Below, one piece after another: positions 58,537 through 64,000 of a stretch of 64,000 nt of DNA (position 1 is the first letter of the stretch; every line of letters begins with the position of its first letter). The stretch comes from a bacterium (GTDB taxonomy: Bacteria; Vulcanimicrobiota; Xenobia; Xenobiales; JADMJV01). The notes beneath the pieces were generated by a model, which worked only from the letters and a program-made list of their open reading frames with translations, did no database searches and had not been told where the DNA came from. The stretch is from assembly GCA_030149525.1 (NCBI GenBank), contig JASBRJ010000274.1, positions 14,160 to 78,159 on the forward strand, written 5' to 3'. The translations under genes and the position numbers were made by a program.

Positions 58537-60495
58537 TCACTTCTTTCTGCCTTTGAAGGCGAATATGAGGACTCCCAGGATGAGCCCTCCAAAAACCAGG
58601 ACAATGTAAAGCAGTGTATAGTCTCCGGGGATGGAAGGCTCTGATGCCTCGGCAAGCTCTCTAGGAGACTTCTCTTGCAGTTGAAGCCCGAATTCTCGGA
58701 CTTCGGCCAAAGCATCCACCGGTTCGACGGCGATATCGGGTCCCTCCGGCATAGCTTCCACCTTGCCTTTCGAGACGGTCAATTTGGTCTTTTCGGGACG
58801 ATCGATCAGTTTCCGTACCTCTTGTTCGGACTGTCCCTTGTAGAAACTTTCAAAATAGAAAGTCCGCGTTTCTTTCTGTCCGCCCATGCCGCCCTGATAA
58901 TTCAGGGTGACACCCTGGGGAGTGGGATCGGAGTTCTCGAACCTTTGGGCAAAACGGGCCTTCGCTGCAGGAGTTAACTGCTGGAAGAGCCCACTCGCTT
59001 GAAGTTCCATCCGATCACCTTGATGATCGTGGCAGGCTTTGAGGCTCTCCAGCGCCACGCTCTTCATCTGCTCGGACAGTTCCTCTGAGGCGAATCCAGG
59101 GTCCAGGGTTTCGAGCAGGACCCGCGCATAGAAATTGGTGAAATCACCTAGCGCCATAGAGTACACTTGGCCGCGGGTTCCGCCCTCTTTGGTCTCTTCA
59201 AAGTGGCTGGCCAGGAGACTTTCGGAAGCGAAGGGCAGACCTCGCTCCTTGCACAATCCGGCATAGTCGCTCAGGTTTTGGGCGTGATATTCTCCCGAAG
59301 CCTCGAATCTTGTGTCCTTGCCGGCTTCCGTCAGGAGGCTATATTTGAGACTGCCCTGGTAGGTGACTTTCGAGTCGAAGAGGGCCTCAAGTTGCCGAGC
59401 CGTGTTCCTAGAATTGGCTTCCATCAGGCGCTTCGTAAAAATCTGCGCCTCCGTTTGCTCTTCAATCTTCACGTCGAAGAGATTGGCCAGGGGCTGAAAA
59501 TTGGAGAGTTCCAGTTCCAGGCCCAATTTGAAGTAATCCTGTTCGAAGGTAGAGGTAAAAAAGAGGCCGTCCCATTTCATGGCGAGGAGACTCTGGAGAG
59601 CTTTCAGCTGTTCAGGCGGGACGGCGTCAGAGTATTTTTCGAGTGTTCTGCGCGGATTGACCCAGGTAAAGGAGCCGCTCAAAACTCTCTGTCCATTCAC
59701 TTTTTTGGGACGCTTGATCACAAAAGACTTCACGTTGATCCCGCTGCGGGCGAGTTGCGTGCCGAGCTTTCGCTGTCCACGAGCAATGACAGGCATTTGA
59801 GAGCCCACCCCGGAGTTCGCTTCGGCACTCACCGTGAAGGTCACGTCGAAGTTCTCGTCCCGTTCCACTATGGAGAGCTTTATCTCACTCAGACCGTTCG
59901 CGGCTTGGGCAATATCCTTGTGCCGAACATCCACGAAGCCGTTGGCCCGAAGTGTCTTAAAGTCGCCGGAAAAATCGATCTGGGCGTTGGATTGACCAAC
60001 ATCTCCCTCCGGTGTGTTGTCTTCCTCAATCTTGAGCAGGACGACACCCCGGGATTCCGTCGAGTTGGATTTGTTGTTGGCATCGAGGGTTAGGAACTTG
60101 ACTCTGTCGTTTTTGTCTCCGGCCATCATTCGGTAAAATTTGGAGTGGGCTTCCGAGCGAGCTAGAGCCATGAATTCGGTTTTCTCTAGATCCAGTTCAA
60201 AGCAAGAGCTAACTCGCTCTGAGGAAGAGAGCGACCCCTCACCTCCGCTGGACTCTGATGAGAGAACAGCTTGTCCGGACGTGAAATTCAGCAAGCCTTG
60301 GACCTTGCCTGAGATATCCGAGGGACGGTTGAGTTCTGAGATGAATCTGTAGACTCCGCGACCTTCATCGGACAGTTCTATTTCGATAGATTGCTGAGCG
60401 CACAGCGGACTGGTCAGCAAAAGGAGGAAGAGGAATCCGCCTACCAGGCTCGACACATAAACATTAGGATAGATTTTTTTTGAGATCATCGACAC
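58537..60495 (-). CDS. Exported protein with a C-terminal membrane anchor
   Basis: Signal peptide; C-terminal TM followed by KGRKK. Confidence 0.7.
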   Translation of the reverse strand: MSMISKKIYPNVYVSSLVGGFLFLLLLTSPLCAQQSIEIELSDEGRGVYRFISELNRPSDISGKVQGLLNFTSGQAVLSSESSGGEGSLSSSERVSSCFELDLEKTEFMALARSEAHSKFYRMMAGDKNDRVKFLTLDANNKSNSTESRGVVLLKIEEDNTPEGDVGQSNAQIDFSGDFKTLRANGFVDVRHKDIAQAANGLSEIKLSIVERDENFDVTFTVSAEANSGVGSQMPVIARGQRKLGTQLARSGINVKSFVIKRPKKVNGQRVLSGSFTWVNPRRTLEKYSDAVPPEQLKALQSLLAMKWDGLFFTSTFEQDYFKLGLELELSNFQPLANLFDVKIEEQTEAQIFTKRLMEANSRNTARQLEALFDSKVTYQGSLKYSLLTEAGKDTRFEASGEYHAQNLSDYAGLCKERGLPFASESLLASHFEETKEGGTRGQVYSMALGDFTNFYARVLLETLDPGFASEELSEQMKSVALESLKACHDHQGDRMELQASGLFQQLTPAAKARFAQRFENSDPTPQGVTLNYQGGMGGQKETRTFYFESFYKGQSEQEVRKLIDRPEKTKLTVSKGKVEAMPEGPDIAVEPVDALAEVREFGLQLQEKSPRELAEASEPSIPGDYTLLYIVLVFGGLILGVLIFAFKGRKK

Positions 60496-60640
60496 TCCCC
60501 ACGAGCTTTATACTTTAGTTCTTGACTTAAAATACAGTATAAGCCTTCTTTCGACGCCATATCGTTCCAAATTGAGAACGATTTTGCAATGCCGGCGTCA
60601 GTCTAGGGAGTGTATGATGAGTGTCGAGAAGGGGATAAAG

Positions 60641-61558
60641 ATGAACAAAAGCACACTAGATTACGAACTCAAGCAACTTTCGAGTAGCGGAATGACTGTT
60701 ACTCTCCTGAAGACTTTAGACTTCGTCATTCCAGGTGACTACAATAACTCGACTCAGCTGCGAGATATGGTCAGCTTCGTTGCTAACCAGCCCATGGCGT
60801 TGCGTCAGCAGGCCATCGTTAAAAAGGCGGAAGAGCTGTACGCTCAAGATGAGGGAGCACAGAGGGCTCTGTACCTCTATAAACTCACCGATAAGGCCGA
60901 CAAAGCTGTGGCCGCCACAGCCCTTGCCAACAAGGTGGGCAGCAAATTCAAAATTTTGTCTTTTCTCACCAAGTACACTCCGAAGGCCGATACCGTTCAG
61001 ACTATCGACCTTTGTTTGAAGCTGACTGTGGAAGCGATCTCGTATCTCTCTCTTCACGGAGTGTCCATAGAGGGCATCAGCGATTGGGCCAGGATGATTA
61101 CCTCTCCCGACAAGTACAGCAACGAGTCGGCTCTGAGGCTCGCTGCGCTGATAGGTTTCGACGGTCTGGTGCCGCTCGGCCCTGATTTTCTGAGCAAAGT
61201 GACCGACACGGTGACCGGAAACGCCACGGAATGGAAAGACAACGCTCTTTTTCAGCAGATTTCCGGCTATATTCCCGGCGACGGCATCGAAGCGAAGAGC
61301 GGCTTCATCAAAGAGATCATTAACAAGGCAAGTGCTCCTATTGAGGGGTTTGTCAGCCGCACAGGACTGACCCGCGACAAAGTTGTCAGTTCGGTGAAAA
61401 CGTTCACCGACGTGAGCGACGACGCGCTCGACTACGTGGCCGCCTTTTTGGACGCATCCACCTCCTACATGACACAAACCGGCGTGCAGACGGTGGCACG
61501 CCGGTTCGTCACCGAGGCCATGGAGCAGGTTGATGCCGAGCAAGCCGTTACCGGCTAA
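60641..61558 (+). CDS. Conserved hypothetical protein
   Basis: RBS GAAGGGG before ATG 60641; DGLVPLGPDF block. Confidence 0.7.
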   Translation: MNKSTLDYELKQLSSSGMTVTLLKTLDFVIPGDYNNSTQLRDMVSFVANQPMALRQQAIVKKAEELYAQDEGAQRALYLYKLTDKADKAVAATALANKVGSKFKILSFLTKYTPKADTVQTIDLCLKLTVEAISYLSLHGVSIEGISDWARMITSPDKYSNESALRLAALIGFDGLVPLGPDFLSKVTDTVTGNATEWKDNALFQQISGYIPGDGIEAKSGFIKEIINKASAPIEGFVSRTGLTRDKVVSSVKTFTDVSDDALDYVAAFLDASTSYMTQTGVQTVARRFVTEAMEQVDAEQAVTG

Positions 61559-61561
61559 AAC

Positions 61562-62449
61562 CTAGGACTCGTCGCCTCCACCATGTTCGTGGTTGTAGAC
61601 GATGAGGAGCGGTTTGTGAATGGCTTGAAGGACGTTCTCGGCGATGCTTCCGAGAAGCCATCGACGAAAGCCGCTTCGACCGTGACTGCTCATCACCACG
61701 AGATCACAGTCTTCCGATTCCTCCACAATTCCCAGAGTAGGGCCTGCGACTCTCACCTTCGTGGAGAGTCGGGCCTCGGGGTAACGACTCTTCACTTTGT
61801 CCAGGTACTCCTGAGCGTTTACGACCTCAAACTCAACAGCCGCATCGAGAGTCGGATTTCCGATGGGGGTGTGGGGAACACCCTGGTAGAGGCGAATTTC
61901 CGCCCCCACTGCTCGTGCGATCTCAAGAGCGTGCTCAAGACCAATTTCTGCCAACTGAGAGCCGTCTAAAGGAACCAGAATCCGCTCCACCTTCGGGTGG
62001 GGGGGGACTTTGGTTGAGGCGTTGACCACCAGAACCGGGATCTTGCTTCCGCGGACGATCTTGGTGGCCACGGAGCCCAGCAACCAGCGCCCGAGCCCGC
62101 CACGGCCGTGGCTTGCCATAACGATGGCCTCGATCTCTCCCGAAGAAGCCCGGTCGAGAATCGCCATTCCCGCATCGCCTTCGCACTGTTTGATGGTAGC
62201 AAGGCCCTGCGGCAGAGAAGCCCGGGTCTTATGAAGATACTGCTCCATCTCCTTGTGCTGACTCGCTTGATCGAAGTAGACCGGCGGCGGCGCGGCAAAG
62301 TCCGGCAGCATGTAAACTGAAGCGGGGGGCTCGTAACAGCTGAGCAGCTCCAGTTTGGAGCCGGTCGCCTCCGCCAACAGTTCAGCCCAGGGTAGGGCCT
62401 GTTCGGCCAGTTTGGAACCATCCAAGGGGACCAAAAATTTCTTGCTCAC
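61562..62449 (-). CDS. Universal stress protein (tandem USP domains)
   Basis: VPLDGS..MASHGRGG..LGSVA, twice. Confidence 0.92.
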   Translation of the reverse strand: MSKKFLVPLDGSKLAEQALPWAELLAEATGSKLELLSCYEPPASVYMLPDFAAPPPVYFDQASQHKEMEQYLHKTRASLPQGLATIKQCEGDAGMAILDRASSGEIEAIVMASHGRGGLGRWLLGSVATKIVRGSKIPVLVVNASTKVPPHPKVERILVPLDGSQLAEIGLEHALEIARAVGAEIRLYQGVPHTPIGNPTLDAAVEFEVVNAQEYLDKVKSRYPEARLSTKVRVAGPTLGIVEESEDCDLVVMSSHGRSGFRRWLLGSIAENVLQAIHKPLLIVYNHEHGGGDES

Positions 62450-62472
62450 GACGTTTTCTTTCTCCTCAATCG

Positions 62473-63309
62473 TTATCGATCATAGACAACGAGAACCGGG
62501 CACTGAGAACTCTGAACGACGCCCTCGGTGACACTCCCAAGGAGAAATCGAGAGACTCCGCTTCGCCCATGGCTGCCCATCACAATAAGATCGGCGCCAT
62601 ACTTTTCGGCCTGGTCGCAAATTTCCGGGCCCTTGCGCGATTCGTGGACTACAACCTTGACCTTCAGGTCGCCCATCTCCTTGGCCCGCGCCTGCAGATA
62701 CTCCTGGGCGGAGATCGCTTGCCAGTCATCCTCCTCCGGGGTTCTATCACGGTAGACGACACCTTCGTAAAGGATCAGTTCCGCATCGAACCTCTGAGCC
62801 AGTTGGGTTGCCATGGCTAGGGACTTCTCAGAGGTCGAGGAGCCGTCTAGGGGAACAAAGATCGTGTCGAGTTTGGCGGGCCTTGGCCGTGGGTCGGGAC
62901 GGGCACTCACCACCAGGACCGGGGTGGTGCCGGCTCTGACGACTTTCGTTGTCACGCTGCCCAACAGCCAGCGTGTTATTCCACTGTGTCCGTGGCTTGC
63001 CATCACCACCAGATCGAACTCATCCGAGCGGAGCAAAATCGAATCGGCGGGTTGTCCGATGGCGCAGTAGACAGTCACCTCCGGGCCGTCGAGCTTTTCA
63101 GCTTGTCGGATGAGGTATTTCTCCACGTTTTTGTGGACATCCATGTCGTTGACCATCTCGGCGATGGTGATGGGAAGCTCCGGGGACAGCTTTATATTGT
63201 CTAAAGGCATGTAAGACTTCATCAACTCGACCTTCGAGCCGAGAAGCTTCGCCCAGGGAAGGACGACTTCAGAGAGGCCTGAGCCGTCGAGAGGTACGAG
63301 TATCTTCAT
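62473..63309 (-). CDS. Universal stress protein (tandem USP domains)
   Basis: Two USP motifs. Confidence 0.92.
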   Translation of the reverse strand: MKILVPLDGSGLSEVVLPWAKLLGSKVELMKSYMPLDNIKLSPELPITIAEMVNDMDVHKNVEKYLIRQAEKLDGPEVTVYCAIGQPADSILLRSDEFDLVVMASHGHSGITRWLLGSVTTKVVRAGTTPVLVVSARPDPRPRPAKLDTIFVPLDGSSTSEKSLAMATQLAQRFDAELILYEGVVYRDRTPEEDDWQAISAQEYLQARAKEMGDLKVKVVVHESRKGPEICDQAEKYGADLIVMGSHGRSGVSRFLLGSVTEGVVQSSQCPVLVVYDR

Positions 63310-63315
63310 GGGAGT

Positions 63316-64000
63316 CTATCCTTTCTCTGACGGGTCTTTTAAGACGAGGACGGAGCATCGGCTCTTACGGAGGACCCGTTCTGCCACACTGCCGTAAAGC
63401 CACGAGGCCAGCCCGGTGCGGCCTTGAGTTGTCATGAGGATCAGGTCGGTCTCGTTCTCCTCGGCGAATTGGAGAATCTCCTCGGCCGGATTGCCCCGAC
63501 GAACTACAAAGTCGACCTGATAGCCCTGGTTGGAAAGCCATTCCGATTGTTTCTCCAGATACTCGTTGATCTTTTTGAGATCGGGCTCTACGGTTGTCCT
63601 CATGTCACCTTCGAAAGCGTGACCCTGGAATACCACCGACACTCCAATCAAGGTGATTCGGGCTGTGCCGCCGGGGGCCAACTCTATGGCCTGGGTGAGA
63701 GCGTTTTCTGCTCGTTTGGAGCCGTCAAGCGGTATCAGAATTCGGTTTCCATCGGTCTTGTGTTCCTGTTCGGTTCTGACGACCAAGACGGGGACAGGGC
63801 TCAGGCGAAGGATTTTCTCGGTATGACTCCCCAGAAAGCTCTCCACCCATCCCGACTGGCCATGACTACTCATAACGATGAGCTGAACGTCGCGACTCTC
63901 GCATTCCTTTATGACTTCGGGGAGTGGTCCCGGACCTTGGGAGCGAACAACCTCGACCTCATAGCCTCGGCCGGACCACTCCTGCCGTTTGCCGTCCAGG
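63316..64000 (-). CDS. Universal stress protein (5'-partial)
   Basis: Frame open to the window edge; USP motifs. Confidence 0.9.
   Translation of the reverse strand, partial: LDGKRQEWSGRGYEVEVVRSQGPGPLPEVIKECESRDVQLIVMSSHGQSGWVESFLGSHTEKILRLSPVPVLVVRTEQEHKTDGNRILIPLDGSKRAENALTQAIELAPGGTARITLIGVSVVFQGHAFEGDMRTTVEPDLKKINEYLEKQSEWLSNQGYQVDFVVRRGNPAEEILQFAEENETDLILMTTQGRTGLASWLYGSVAERVLRKSRCSVLVLKDPSEKG

Noticed and set aside
1-64000. Genome-wide UGA reassignment as the explanation for in-frame TGAs
   Set aside because: Many genes end properly at TGA with coupled overlaps (e.g. 19561, 20886, 40514)

Overview
64 kb of a moderately GC-rich bacterial chromosome. The gene content and lineage-type hypotheticals suggest Eremiobacterota/Vulcanimicrobiota, but this is inference only. 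In order, the window holds: an aldehyde dehydrogenase; a Tat multicopper oxidase broken by one in-frame TGA; a group 3b [NiFe]-hydrogenase operon; three paralogous hypotheticals; a coupled 4-gene operon (ABC exporter, aldo-keto reductase, MICAL-like flavoprotein, 1136-aa HAD/ligase/papain-like fusion) behind a structured leader; a complete IS4 with a 10-bp target duplication; a 164-bp hairpin; an HNH protein with periodic DNA palindromes; a structured non-coding region; a decayed Rhs toxin-immunity island with a group II intron remnant; phaZ; a heavy-metal island; lnt; pilin-like genes; a FAAL fusion; beta-oxidation genes; and a USP cluster. The top finding is at 36905-38194. Two annotated ORFs are one reading frame joined through TGA-CCT-GGC-TGA (U-P-G-U), followed by SECIS-like hairpins. 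This predicts a 429-aa double-selenocysteine protein (signal peptide, YHS, TlpA thioredoxin, UxxU, outer-membrane beta-barrel). It sits behind a mer-type promoter and a divergent 3-Cys MerR, in place of a canonical mer operon.
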